This document shows, piece by piece, positions 1 to 8,986 of a stretch of DNA of 31,853 nt; the stretch's first letter is position 1, and each line of letters opens with the position of its first letter. Below the pieces are notes generated by a model, which worked only from the letters and a program-made list of their open reading frames with translations, had not been told where the DNA came from and did no database searches. Origin of the DNA: a virus (lineage: Duplodnaviria > Caudoviricetes). The translations under genes and the position numbers were made by a program. The DNA lies in IMG/VR virus record IMGVR_UViG_3300048861_000247, positions 1-31,853 of that record; one strand, written 5' to 3'.

Positions 1-210
1 TTATTCCGAGCTTTGCTCCGGATCGATCCCGTGCCTGTGGATCATTGCGTCACGCTCTGTCGCTACGCCCGCATCGAAATTTGGATCGTTAGGGAAGGGG
101 GATTTCACTCCCTGCATGGCTCTTTCGTAGGCTTCATCGGCCTCGGCTTCTTCAGCCCATTCGCGCGCGTAAGGATTCTCGTCATCGTCAAAGTCATTGT
201 TTTGAGACAA
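1..210 (-). CDS. Small acidic hypothetical protein
   Basis: 69-aa ORF with a TTG start, a GGAG SD-like sequence upstream and a stop at 1-3; no recognisable domain. Confidence 0.45.
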   Translation of the reverse strand: MSQNNDFDDDENPYAREWAEEAEADEAYERAMQGVKSPFPNDPNFDAGVATERDAMIHRHGIDPEQSSE

Positions 211-346
211 AATAGTTCTCCGGCATGGCGCGCAAGGTCAGAACCGAACCCGTGCCGCCTAAATGCCTGCGCTACCCTTGTGCGCTTCGTTCTGGCACTC
301 TGGAAATACCCTTCCGCCGATCAATTCACAACCGTCGTCCGAGCCA

Positions 347-628
347 TCAGTGCGGGAAATACGGCGGTGGTGCGGCCGGTGCGGGGACGGCATGAGCGAG
401 GGCACCCCAATTGATCCCCGATGGTTGCGCCTGTTGGGGCTGGCGATATCCGTAGGAGTTTGACTGACAGTTTCCGCCCGAGCAATTCGTGACGGTCGAG
501 CCGCCCTGTCCGTCGAATGAGCTACAGTGGATTCCGCCCACGGTATCGCGAGTGCAGGATGTGGATTGCGCATATGCGGCGGTCGAGCCGAATGCGATCA
601 GGGCTACAAAAAGCTTCAGGCACATCAT
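347..628 (-). CDS. Small secreted Cys-rich protein
   Basis: Signal-peptide-like N-terminus (LFVALIAFGSTAAYA-Q), four Cys in the mature part, Pro-rich tail, AGGAGG SD upstream. Confidence 0.55.
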   Translation of the reverse strand: MMCLKLFVALIAFGSTAAYAQSTSCTRDTVGGIHCSSFDGQGGSTVTNCSGGNCQSNSYGYRQPQQAQPSGINWGALAHAVPAPAAPPPYFPH

Positions 629-700
629 GATCCTCCTAGTCGAGCATGAGCGGTGACAAATACCACACGAGACACGCCACGGGAAACCAAATGGGTGCGT

Positions 701-2245
701 TTAGAAGCAATTCGCCGTATCGAAGGAATCTCCGTAGCCGCTTCCCGATAGACCGTAGGCGGGGCGTGCAATAGGCGTCGGGGGAGGCGCTACGAAAGCG
801 GCGTGGACGGCCATTCTCGGTAAGAGGCCATCGGCATCAACCTGATCGTCATGGCGGCAAGTCAGGCCAAAAGCTTCGTATTCCTCCAGCGCGCATTCAC
901 CGATAGAATTATTCGGAAGGAACACCTTACCAAGGCTCGCCATCGTCTGGAGCGCGGACGCGCGTTCGATCTTATTGGCCGTCCCTTGCGTTATGATCTC
1001 CAGCCGCGTCATGATGAGCGTTGATCGCATCGTGTCGTCGATCAGTTGCCAGTTGGCGCGGATGAGGGGATCGGCGTCCGCAAACCACGCCAGCGGGCGC
1101 CATTTCTTGATCAGCGCGAAGGCGCCGGTTTGGGCGATGTCAAGCTTGCCGTTTTTCGTGACGATCCCCAACGCCTCCTTAATTGAGCATCGGTCGCGAA
1201 AGCTATCAATCATGTAAAAATTCTTATCGCTATCGATTCCCCAAATTCGAAAGACATTGTAGTCCTTACCGCCATTGGCATGGTCCGATGTCATGTAATA
1301 ATGGAGCTTCGCTGGAAGCGCGGACGGTGCGTAGAGTTTGAAATGTTCGCGCTTGAAAAAACCCGTGCCGCGAGGAATAGGGTCTTGCTGATACTGCGCG
1401 GACCAACGGTATTCTCCCATCGTCGCCTTTTCGCGGGCGACGAATTTATTCGAACGATACTCGGGGAGGATTAGGTCGCCGATGTTCTTGCGAGGATCGC
1501 GGTATCCGATCGAAGTCCTATTCTCATCTCCCTCATAGGTCATCGGGATGGTGAGAAACTCGAATCCGATGTCCTCCCCACGATCCTGCCGAGTCTTAAT
1601 CTCGCCGATTAAGTCCTCTTCGTGGACGCGCTGCATGATGATGACGATTGCCGATTCTGCTTCGACATCGCCACGGCTCGTTGCAGATGAAAAGAATGTG
1701 TCATTGACTTCGGCGCGTATCGTTTCGCTGTCGGCGCGCTTAACTGGGATAGGGTCATCGATTATAAGTCGCGAAGCTCGGCCGCCCGTAAGACTGGTGA
1801 AGCTTTTCGAGAAACGCTCTCCCATACTGTTGTTCTGATAGCGAGTTACCGAATCGACTATGAAGGTCATCGGCCAGAGCGCTTGATACCATTCGGAGCC
1901 GACGAGGATGCGCATTTTACCCGCATCGCGCTCACAAAAATCTAGGGCCGCGCTCGTAGTCAGAAAGCGAAGGTGCGGACGCGTCGTCCATTCCCACGCG
2001 GGCCAAAAGACCGATACGAGTAGGCTCTTCATAAATCCGGGCGGGATTGAGATCGCCAGACGGGTAATGCGTCCTTCCGAGACCGCTTCCAAGTGATCGC
2101 AGACTGCACGGATGTGCCAACCATCGATGAAGTCGCGGCCCGGTTCTAGGATCGGCCATGCCGCCTTGACGAACGCGTGGAGCGATGAGGAATAATGGAC
2201 GCGTGCGACTTCTAGCAGATCAGCCTGCGAAAACTGATCAGTCAT
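701..2245 (-). CDS. terL: Terminase large subunit
   Basis: Walker A PPGFMKS, Walker B LIIDDP, coupling motif IMQR, YQQDP linker, C-terminal nuclease motif HDDQVD. Confidence 0.93.
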   Translation of the reverse strand: MTDQFSQADLLEVARVHYSSSLHAFVKAAWPILEPGRDFIDGWHIRAVCDHLEAVSEGRITRLAISIPPGFMKSLLVSVFWPAWEWTTRPHLRFLTTSAALDFCERDAGKMRILVGSEWYQALWPMTFIVDSVTRYQNNSMGERFSKSFTSLTGGRASRLIIDDPIPVKRADSETIRAEVNDTFFSSATSRGDVEAESAIVIIMQRVHEEDLIGEIKTRQDRGEDIGFEFLTIPMTYEGDENRTSIGYRDPRKNIGDLILPEYRSNKFVAREKATMGEYRWSAQYQQDPIPRGTGFFKREHFKLYAPSALPAKLHYYMTSDHANGGKDYNVFRIWGIDSDKNFYMIDSFRDRCSIKEALGIVTKNGKLDIAQTGAFALIKKWRPLAWFADADPLIRANWQLIDDTMRSTLIMTRLEIITQGTANKIERASALQTMASLGKVFLPNNSIGECALEEYEAFGLTCRHDDQVDADGLLPRMAVHAAFVAPPPTPIARPAYGLSGSGYGDSFDTANCF

Positions 2246-2729
2246 CTAGCTCCCGGCGTGGGTCGGGCAGGGCGATCATCTCTTCGGCGTCGCTAGAAGG
2301 GATCGCATCGATCGAAATTGATCTATCCGTAGCAAGGTGCTGTTGTGCGGTAGCGGCGAGCAAGATTGCCTCCCGCACCTCTGGTGAAAGCTTGCTTGCG
2401 TCGAGCGTCGCATGAATATGTCGGTGCTGAATATCCGCCTTAATTTGCTGATTGGGTAGGCCCCAGCCGCGATTGAAAAGGATGTTAGCAGCAGTCAGGA
2501 CATCGCGATGTTTTGCCGTGGGATCACGCATGACGGCAAGGCAGGCATCGAGCGCCTCACCTGTATGGCGGCGCGCATACTCGGGGAGCGAGACACCCTT
2601 ATAGTTTTTGCGCGGTCTCCCTTCCGTGAAGCGGTTTGGATCGTCGCCTTTTTTGAATGGACGCAAATTATCAATCGAACGCTTAGCGATGTTATGCTTG
2701 GGTTTATCGTTGGTAGGATCATCTGACAT
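2238..2729 (-). CDS. terS: Terminase small subunit (DUF5681-like)
   Basis: NLRPFKKG..GRP N-terminus and RGWGLPNQ motif; overlaps the terL start. Confidence 0.75.
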   Translation of the reverse strand: MSDDPTNDKPKHNIAKRSIDNLRPFKKGDDPNRFTEGRPRKNYKGVSLPEYARRHTGEALDACLAVMRDPTAKHRDVLTAANILFNRGWGLPNQQIKADIQHRHIHATLDASKLSPEVREAILLAATAQQHLATDRSISIDAIPSSDAEEMIALPDPRRELDD

Positions 2730-2734
2730 GCAAA

Positions 2735-2742
2735 TATTTATC
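2735..2742 (-). promoter_or_regulatory. GATAAATA late-type promoter; leaderless terS
   Basis: Minus strand reads GATAAATA-tttgc-ATG(2729), with no SD. Confidence 0.7.
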
Positions 2743-2743
2743 G

Positions 2744-3439
2744 CTACCAGCGTGCCCCGTCGTCGTTCGCCCAGATGGTCATTATGAGACGATTGCCCCG
2801 CGTTACTGGCAAGCCACGATGCGCCAGACGCCTTCCGGTGAAGATCAGCGCGGAGCCTACCGGTAGGGCTGGCAAGGAAAGCTCGCCCAAGAGGCCGTCA
2901 CACAGAAGCGTCCCGCCACCCTCAAAATCATCGTTGAGCGCGATCACGACAGTGTAGTCGGCGTCATAGTCAATATGGATGCCGCTCTCGGCTCTTGTCT
3001 CGGGTGTGTAAGACGCTACTTGAATGCTCGCATAATGATCGGGCAGGCGTCCGTTTATCGCCAGACAGACCGGCGCCAATGTATCGGCGAGCCATCCGCG
3101 AACGGTCGTTTCAAGCTCCGGATCGGCTGCGCACAAGATCGCCTCCGGAATTTGGTAAGCGGCCTCTTCCTCGGGGTTCGGGGAGAAGGTCCAGCCCGCT
3201 GATCGGTCGAGGATATGGCGGCAGGCCTCGGTCGAGAGCAGCGGCACCGCGAAGGCAGCTTGCGTGATAAGGGGGAGGCGGCACCGCGTGACTATCTCAC
3301 CGAGCGTCGCCTTGGTATCATCGGGAAGCTTCGACCAAACCTCTCGAATGGCTTGTCGATCTTGGTCGGCGAGCGTGAGGGGACGAAGCGCGGATACTAG
3401 TTCGGGCGTCCAGACGGGATGTAGGAAGGTGTCAGTCAT
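2744..3439 (-). CDS. 2OG-Fe(II) oxygenase, prolyl/lysyl hydroxylase-like
   Basis: HxD (HID), IALNDDFEGGG, distal His and Arg in HRGLPVTRGNR. Start moved to ATG 3439, which overlaps the upstream stop and has a GGAG SD. Confidence 0.85.
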   Translation of the reverse strand: MTDTFLHPVWTPELVSALRPLTLADQDRQAIREVWSKLPDDTKATLGEIVTRCRLPLITQAAFAVPLLSTEACRHILDRSAGWTFSPNPEEEAAYQIPEAILCAADPELETTVRGWLADTLAPVCLAINGRLPDHYASIQVASYTPETRAESGIHIDYDADYTVVIALNDDFEGGGTLLCDGLLGELSLPALPVGSALIFTGRRLAHRGLPVTRGNRLIMTIWANDDGARW

Positions 3440-3696
3440 TCGTCTCCCGTGAATTCCGGATGAGCAATGGCCCATAGCGTCTGGTAATGCTCCGTCTTAA
3501 ATTCCGCCTCCGAAATCTCGTGCCTCTTCATGAAGCGCTCTATACTCCGAATTCGCTTCGCGATTTTTTCAATTTCGTCGTGCAATCCACAAGCGGCGGC
3601 GCGGTTGTGAGCTATCGCTCTTTCAATCATGGTCTTTTCGTTTGCGATCTTATCAATCCGCTTTTGCAATTCGACGGCTGTGGTAATTTCGTTCAT
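3436..3696 (-). CDS. Hypothetical coiled-coil protein, paralog of 3693-3995
   Basis: ATGA coupling at 3696; C-terminus similar to the neighbouring gene. Confidence 0.65.
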   Translation of the reverse strand: MNEITTAVELQKRIDKIANEKTMIERAIAHNRAAACGLHDEIEKIAKRIRSIERFMKRHEISEAEFKTEHYQTLWAIAHPEFTGDE

Positions 3697-3995
3697 GACT
3701 GCCCCCCATCCAAGTCGGGATACTCGATCGCGAACATCGTTTGCCAGTGAGCATCCGGAAAGTCCGCGTAGGATACACTGTGCTTCGAACAAAACGCATT
3801 AACCGCCGCGCGCTTTTTAAACACCTTGTCAACGGCGTCGTTCTGGAGACTGCTCATTAAATCGAAAGCGATTTCGAGTCGGTCCAAATGATGTCGGAAT
3901 TTGAGGAAGTCCACATTGTGGCGAAAGCATTGCTGAACGAGAGTTTCCATCGTTTCGCACAAGCCGGTCTCGGTGATCTGCCTTATCTCGTTCAT
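3693..3995 (-). CDS. Hypothetical protein, paralog of 3436-3696
   Basis: ATGA-coupled within the operon, GGAG SD. Confidence 0.65.
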   Translation of the reverse strand: MNEIRQITETGLCETMETLVQQCFRHNVDFLKFRHHLDRLEIAFDLMSSLQNDAVDKVFKKRAAVNAFCSKHSVSYADFPDAHWQTMFAIEYPDLDGGQS

Positions 3996-4252
3996 GACTG
4001 CTCCGAATTATCGGAAGACGCTTCGGTGATGAATAAGCCGGTCTCGCGGGCGATGATCTCCAAGATTGCATCGACGCCTGCGATCAAGTTCAAGTTACCA
4101 TCGATGAGCGCGTTTTCGAAGTCATAGGGGTAACTATCATCGTCAGAATTATCATCGTCAGAATTATAACCTCCGCACCAGACAAAACAGTCCCGGCCAT
4201 CGGTATTTGCGGCGTCGAGGAACGCTTCGGCTAGTTTCTCTCGGGCGATCAT
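3992..4252 (-). CDS. Acidic hypothetical protein
   Basis: ATGA-coupled, GAGGT SD, contains a 15-bp duplication encoding NSDDD twice. Confidence 0.6.
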   Translation of the reverse strand: MIAREKLAEAFLDAANTDGRDCFVWCGGYNSDDDNSDDDSYPYDFENALIDGNLNLIAGVDAILEIIARETGLFITEASSDNSEQS

Positions 4253-4719
4253 GCCGCACCTCGATCACAATTTCGGAGGAAGCGCTCTTTGCGAAGGACT
4301 TGCGCCTCATTCGGGACAGGGAGTGCGTTGCGCAGGGCTGCGATGTATTCTTCGCGTTCTTGCTTCCACTTGTCGATCTCTGCCGCGATGCAGAGCGCGT
4401 CATCCAAGGCCTGTTCGGTGTAGGCCGTATTCAGGACACCTGTGAGCCTGATCGCATCGTTGATGAGCGGTTCGCGGTCACGAGGCCCGCTATCCCACTG
4501 GTAGCGTTCGCCGCCATCTTGAATTGCCCTGTGGTAATAAGCAATTTCTCTCCAAAGCTCGTTGAAACGCCGTTGACGCTTCCCCTCTTCGATCTCGTAT
4601 TCTGTTAGTTCTCGTGGTGGCGGTGATGGTTCAAACATCAAAAACACGAATTGCGCGAGTTTAATTGTAATGAATGCGGCAAATATAAACCGGCCGAAGA
4701 ATTCTAATATCTCCTTCAT
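4249..4719 (-). CDS. Hypothetical protein with N-terminal membrane anchor
   Basis: AAGGAG SD and hydrophobic N-terminus; first gene of a translationally coupled operon. Confidence 0.65.
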   Translation of the reverse strand: MKEILEFFGRFIFAAFITIKLAQFVFLMFEPSPPPRELTEYEIEEGKRQRRFNELWREIAYYHRAIQDGGERYQWDSGPRDREPLINDAIRLTGVLNTAYTEQALDDALCIAAEIDKWKQEREEYIAALRNALPVPNEAQVLRKERFLRNCDRGAA

Positions 4720-4743
4720 AAGTCTCCTTCTCTTATGGGGGAG

Positions 4744-4773
4744 ATTATACCATTAGCGCTTCTCTCCCTTCAA
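4744..4773 (-). promoter_or_regulatory. Sigma70-type promoter for the 4719-2744 operon
   Basis: Minus strand TTGAAG-18 nt-TATAAT with an extended TGn element. Confidence 0.6.
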
Positions 4774-4830
4774 TATATATCCGGAGGTCGCCGAAAAGGG
4801 CGGAATAAGGGCTTAAAAATGCGATTTCCA

Positions 4831-5301
4831 TCATCGCCATACTTGGAAGAGCATTTCCTCATCTTTGTCCGAGAAACGCGATAGGAAGACGCGCCGGAAG
4901 CTCTTTATCGTGCTGGCGGAGTTTTTTACCTCTATGAACGATAGCTCACACGCTCTGATCGGGATCGAGTGGAGGATCGCGTAGAGAATCCTTTCGATAG
5001 ATTCCCGTGTCTGCTTCGGCATCGCTCCGGGAGCGTAGCGCTTGCGCTGTGTATAGCCGTCCAACATCTCCCGGAGTTGCTCGATCGTCGTTGCTGTATC
5101 GCCCGTGCAATAGACGCCCGTGAAATCGTGTAGGTATAGATCGTAATAGGCTATCGCCTCTTCGGCGGTCGCGATGTCTCCGTTCCATTTTACTGCGCCG
5201 AATGGATACATTTCGGCGGAGACGATCTTTGAGAAGACCGCCTCCCCGAAATGTCGAAGGTCACCCGTAGCCGGAGCGACGGTGCTCATCTTGATGCTCA
5301 C
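4831..5301 (-). CDS. Hypothetical protein
   Basis: 156-aa ORF, GTGA-coupled to the upstream gene. Confidence 0.6.
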   Translation of the reverse strand: MSIKMSTVAPATGDLRHFGEAVFSKIVSAEMYPFGAVKWNGDIATAEEAIAYYDLYLHDFTGVYCTGDTATTIEQLREMLDGYTQRKRYAPGAMPKQTRESIERILYAILHSIPIRACELSFIEVKNSASTIKSFRRVFLSRFSDKDEEMLFQVWR

Positions 5302-6014
5302 TCCGTGTATCCGAAATCGGTCAACAGGCGGTCATACAAATCCATCGCATCATCGAGGATGTTCGGCGCGAAGCGACATTCGAGGGTCGGGATATGCACA
5401 CCGCCAAACACCGCCTCTTCGAGATGGTCTTCATAGGTCGCGAGGACAACGCGCATTGCCGCGACGAACCGCTCATCCGAGAGGATAGCCATAAAGTTGG
5501 TATTGGCGTTGCGGGGGTCACGCTCGGCGCGGGAAGGAACGAACCATCCGATGGTCTCAGGGTAATGATCCAGAGGCGTGACGCGTTCGTCCGTGGGAAA
5601 GGCGATCTCGATAGCCTCGCGTTTTGCCGGGTTGTTCACCGGCTTTCCGCTCGGGCTGACCGCCGCCAAGAGGGCCTTGCCATAGCAGACAATGGGATAG
5701 CTGGGGTTGGACGGATTATGGATGAAGAACCGATCCTTCACGCCCGTCAATTTGGCCGTCGCATCGACGATCAACATGCCGGTCGCCTTGCCGCGACGGT
5801 CGGGGATGACGACGGTTTCGTAGGATTTGTTGCCGATCGCGGCTTGCAGCGCTTCATGCAGCTTGAAATCGACCGGCGTGCGGCTCTTGGTTTTCGAGCG
5901 AGGGTCGATGACGATTACATCAATCATACCAGTCATGTTCGTATAGGCCTGTCCCTCCCGTTTGTTCGCCTCCCCGATTGGAAGCTGGCCCGTGGATGCC
6001 TTATCGTCTCTCAT
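5298..6014 (-). CDS. Hypothetical protein with possible DUF3846-like N-terminal domain
   Basis: VIDP...LQAAIG...LIVD...GKALL pattern; start position uncertain. Confidence 0.55.
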   Translation of the reverse strand: MRDDKASTGQLPIGEANKREGQAYTNMTGMIDVIVIDPRSKTKSRTPVDFKLHEALQAAIGNKSYETVVIPDRRGKATGMLIVDATAKLTGVKDRFFIHNPSNPSYPIVCYGKALLAAVSPSGKPVNNPAKREAIEIAFPTDERVTPLDHYPETIGWFVPSRAERDPRNANTNFMAILSDERFVAAMRVVLATYEDHLEEAVFGGVHIPTLECRFAPNILDDAMDLYDRLLTDFGYTE

Positions 6015-6063
6015 GGAAGTCGAATTCTGTCAGCAATTATTTTTTTCATGTCGGGCAAGGCGT

Positions 6064-6459
6064 TCATGCCGCTGCGCTTTCGAACAGGGCTTCGAAAATG
6101 CAAGCGAGCGTAATGCGCTTATGATCCAGCAACCATTGCGCCGCTGCGATCGGGTTCATGATGTTAACCTCGCCCTCGCCGTCCGTGTAATAGCTGACAT
6201 AAAAATCAGGATGGGATAGATGGATATGGTGGAGCGATATGTTGCTCTCGAATTCGAGGTAGGTTCCTTCGATCTCCACTCCGCCGATGGTGACATTTAA
6301 AGTCTTTTGGAATTCGTCAAGTGCAGGCGGTAGCTTGTGGGTAAACTTCTGGTCCATTCCAAACACGATGAGGTTTTGAAGAGCATGAACCTGATCGTAG
6401 GCCATCTTTGTGTTTACAGGGTCGGGAGCTTCGATGGGCGGCGCGAGTTCTTCAATCAT
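6064..6459 (-). CDS. Hypothetical protein
   Basis: 131-aa ORF co-oriented with its neighbours. Confidence 0.55.
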   Translation of the reverse strand: MIEELAPPIEAPDPVNTKMAYDQVHALQNLIVFGMDQKFTHKLPPALDEFQKTLNVTIGGVEIEGTYLEFESNISLHHIHLSHPDFYVSYYTDGEGEVNIMNPIAAAQWLLDHKRITLACIFEALFESAAA

Positions 6460-6862
6460 GACACTTCTCTCTTTCGGCGGCGCCTATCGCTCCAGCCAAT
6501 CGATCGCGTCAAGAAGAAAACAGCGTCAATCGAGCCAATAGGTAAAATAGATACGACGAATAGGTCGTTTCAAATCAATTGTAGTATCGCATTATCGTTT
6601 ATCAAACGCCAAAGGGCGTAGCTTAACCTCTAACCCGAATCGCTTTCGGCGATGTCGGGCATTACGATGACGAACATGATGTTCGCCGTCATTCGGGCAA
6701 CGCCGCGAACTTCGATCGCCTTCACTCATCGTCGCACTCGTCAAGTGCGTCCATGATCGCAGAGTAGGCTTCATCGCTCAAACCGGAGTTCGGTATCGTC
6801 TCCGCTATCCGGGAGCGGCGAGTTGATGAAACCGAGCAAGACGCGCTTGATCTCTTCGTCGA

Positions 6863-7468
6863 TCATGACACCATCCCCAAAGCCTTCTCAAAGAGGGCGA
6901 GGCGCGCGTTAGCGCTCGCGAGACTGCCGTTGACGGCTTTGGTGATCGCGAGCTTGGACGGTCCATCCGCGAGTGCGTTGAGATTGTTCGCCAGCCAAAA
7001 CACGACGGCTGTGTCCATCGCCATAGGAAGCGCGCCCGCGCCCTCGACGAGTTCAGGGACCGTGATACGGAGGCTCTTCGCACAGGTGATGTAATGTGTG
7101 CGGCCGGTCATCTGGATCACGCCTCGCCCACGAAATGTCCAACCGTCGCCCGACGCTTCGTCACCGTTGCCGAGCCTGTTTGCATAGACCCTGTTGGCAA
7201 TCTTCTCGGGATCATGTGCGTAGGCCTTGGCGTCGGATGATCCATCAAAATGCGTCGGGAAGACCCGCATGAGGCCTTCCGCATCGTAGTTCAGGTTTTC
7301 GGTAAGCCTCGTGTAGCTTGCGCTCTCATAGGCCGTCTGGGCGATGAACCACGCGAGCCGTTGTGGAGTCTTGAGGTCCGCACGGTCGATCGCAGAGACG
7401 AGCGGGGCGAAGCTTTCTGCGGGGGCGTCGGGTAAAATTTTCTGGAGGATACTGGATGTGAACTTCAT
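6863..7468 (-). CDS. Endolysin, glycoside hydrolase family 19
   Basis: FIAQTAYES, ENLNY, IANRVYANRLGN, GDGWTFRGRGVIQMTGR and ITKAVNG motifs. Confidence 0.92.
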   Translation of the reverse strand: MKFTSSILQKILPDAPAESFAPLVSAIDRADLKTPQRLAWFIAQTAYESASYTRLTENLNYDAEGLMRVFPTHFDGSSDAKAYAHDPEKIANRVYANRLGNGDEASGDGWTFRGRGVIQMTGRTHYITCAKSLRITVPELVEGAGALPMAMDTAVVFWLANNLNALADGPSKLAITKAVNGSLASANARLALFEKALGMVS

Positions 7469-7472
7469 CCCG

Positions 7473-7478
7473 TATTTA
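7473..7478 (-). promoter_or_regulatory. TAAATA late-type promoter; leaderless endolysin
   Basis: Minus strand reads TAAATA-cggg-ATG(7468). Confidence 0.65.
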
Positions 7479-7483
7479 CACGG

Positions 7484-7556
7484 AAACCCCCACAGCGGAA
7501 AGGAGACGCTGTGGGGGCCACTCGAAGGAACAAGTAAGATGAAACTACTCTCTTAC
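7484..7556 (-). ncRNA. Candidate small RNA with an anti-Shine-Dalgarno loop
   Basis: Begins 5 nt after TATAAATA (7562-7569). 5' hairpin 7534-7556 and an 11-bp GC hairpin 7487-7517 with loop UCUCCUUUC. Confidence 0.5.
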
Positions 7557-7600
7557 AGGCCTATTTATACCAAACCCCCTAAAAGCCGCGCCATATTATT

Positions 7601-7792
7601 CTACAGGGCTTGGCGATATCCTTTTACATTCTCCCATAATTCGTTCGCGTATGTCCACTTGCGGTGAAATAAAACATTGCTTTCAAGTTCACTGACGAAG
7701 CGGACGAACGATAATCTTGCGAGGGCGCACGCCTCTTCGTCGGTGCATCCGGAACTGATCAGCGCAAGCGCTTGATCAAATTCTGTCCACAT
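7601..7792 (-). CDS. Small hypothetical protein, possibly helix-turn-helix
   Basis: MWTEFDQALALISSGCTDEEACALARLS..., 63 aa, overlaps the end of the HNH gene. Confidence 0.45.
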   Translation of the reverse strand: MWTEFDQALALISSGCTDEEACALARLSFVRFVSELESNVLFHRKWTYANELWENVKGYRQAL

Positions 7793-8441
7793 CGATCGTG
7801 TGATTTCGGACGGACGAAATCGACCGTCCAATGACCTTTGCGATCGCCTCGAAGGTTTCGCCTTGGCTGCGCAACTGCCGCGCGGATTTGATTTGTGCAG
7901 GCGATAGTGGAGGGCGAGCGCGAATGTGAACGGGGTTCGCATCTTTCCAAAGCTTCCCATTTTTTATATGCGAAATCAGGGTGGGCGAAACATCGAGTAG
8001 CTTTGCTAGCGCCAATCCGGTCATCCCCTGCGCTAACTGATGGCGAATCATATCGACCTGCTCTTGTGAGAGTTTCTTTCTATTGCCCCACTTCCCGGAG
8101 CGATCAGCCAAGTTACCGCTGCGCGTGTCTATCCGGAGATTTTCGAGACGGTTATTCTGTCGATTGCCATCCGCGTGACAGACATCCATCCCTCGCGGGA
8201 TCGGGCCGATGAATGCCTCTACGACGAGGCGATGAATGTAAAGGCACAGTCCCTGTCCGAACACAGCATGATAACGCGCGCCCTCACATCCTCCAGTCTC
8301 GTAAATCCGTGGTTCTCTTATCGGTCGCTCAGTTCCTCTTTTATCGATCCAAGAAAGAGCGCCCCGTCTTAAAGCGCCGTGGTTTGATACTTCCAAATTT
8401 CCGTTCAGTGCAGCGATCGGCTTCCAAATCTCTAATGACAT
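7776..8441 (-). CDS. NUMOD4-HNH endonuclease with two C-terminal HTH-like repeats
   Basis: EIWKPI..EVSNHG (NUMOD4) and IHRLV..VCHADGNRQNNRLENL (HNH); GAAAGGA SD; TATAAATA at 8472-8479. Confidence 0.88.
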   Translation of the reverse strand: MSLEIWKPIAALNGNLEVSNHGALRRGALSWIDKRGTERPIREPRIYETGGCEGARYHAVFGQGLCLYIHRLVVEAFIGPIPRGMDVCHADGNRQNNRLENLRIDTRSGNLADRSGKWGNRKKLSQEQVDMIRHQLAQGMTGLALAKLLDVSPTLISHIKNGKLWKDANPVHIRARPPLSPAQIKSARQLRSQGETFEAIAKVIGRSISSVRNHTIDVDRI

Positions 8442-8474
8442 AATTCCTTTCGAGAATGTTATTACTGTTTATAT

Positions 8475-8717
8475 TTATACTCGTGGATCAATCCGGAGGT
8501 AATTCGTCCATTCGGCATGATCGAGACGCATCCAGATGGTCACACCATCGTCTCTCATCGGGTATTTCAGGAGCTTCGCGGCATCGATCAGAGCGCCGAC
8601 ATCGAGACCCGCGATCTCGGCTACGCCAATGGCCCGCAGGCGATAGGCACCGTGCGGAGAGAGCCTCTTAAAGCGTCGTAGGAAGGCTCTGGCGCGCTGT
8701 AGGTCATCGTCCGCCAT
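8475..8717 (-). CDS. Hypothetical protein (80 aa)
   Basis: Likely start ATG 8717 (MADDDLQ), overlapping the upstream small ORF. Confidence 0.5.
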   Translation of the reverse strand: MADDDLQRARAFLRRFKRLSPHGAYRLRAIGVAEIAGLDVGALIDAAKLLKYPMRDDGVTIWMRLDHAEWTNYLRIDPRV

Positions 8718-8883
8718 AGACACGCTTAAAAGCCTTGGCGGCTTCCCACGGGGCTGTGCGAGGCGTTCGGACCTTCTTCGCCTTGCGCGCAGGCTTCGGC
8801 TTGGGATTCCAGCTATAGTCGATACCAGTTTCGCGCTCGATCTCAGCGATACGGCGGAGCGCGTAATCTTCAAATGCAGTCAC
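8704..8883 (-). CDS. Small basic protein (59 aa) missing from the ORF track
   Basis: GAAAGGA SD and GTG start; MTAFEDYALRRIAEIERETGIDYSWNPKPKPARKAKK... Confidence 0.6.
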   Translation of the reverse strand: MTAFEDYALRRIAEIERETGIDYSWNPKPKPARKAKKVRTPRTAPWEAAKAFKRVYGGR

Positions 8884-8986
8884 AGTTTCTTCCTTTCAAA
8901 ATGTGATTGAGGAAGAATACCGGACGGCCGGTCGGACTTTCATTATTAAAATATTGAAGCCGTTACGCGAGATCAGGCATAACCCA

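Noticed and set aside
4136-4166. 15-bp tandem duplication
   Set aside because: Simple in-frame slippage in an acidic tract with no evident function
5394-6113. 239-aa plus-strand ORF
   Set aside because: Antisense to the coupled minus-strand operon; typical GC-rich shadow ORF
6620-6866. Short ORFs after the endolysin as spanins
   Set aside because: No lipobox or convincing TM segment, and the frames are short and ambiguous
8475-8873. 132-aa ORF as listed in the track
   Set aside because: Better explained as two genes, 8704-8883 with a strong SD and 8475-8717
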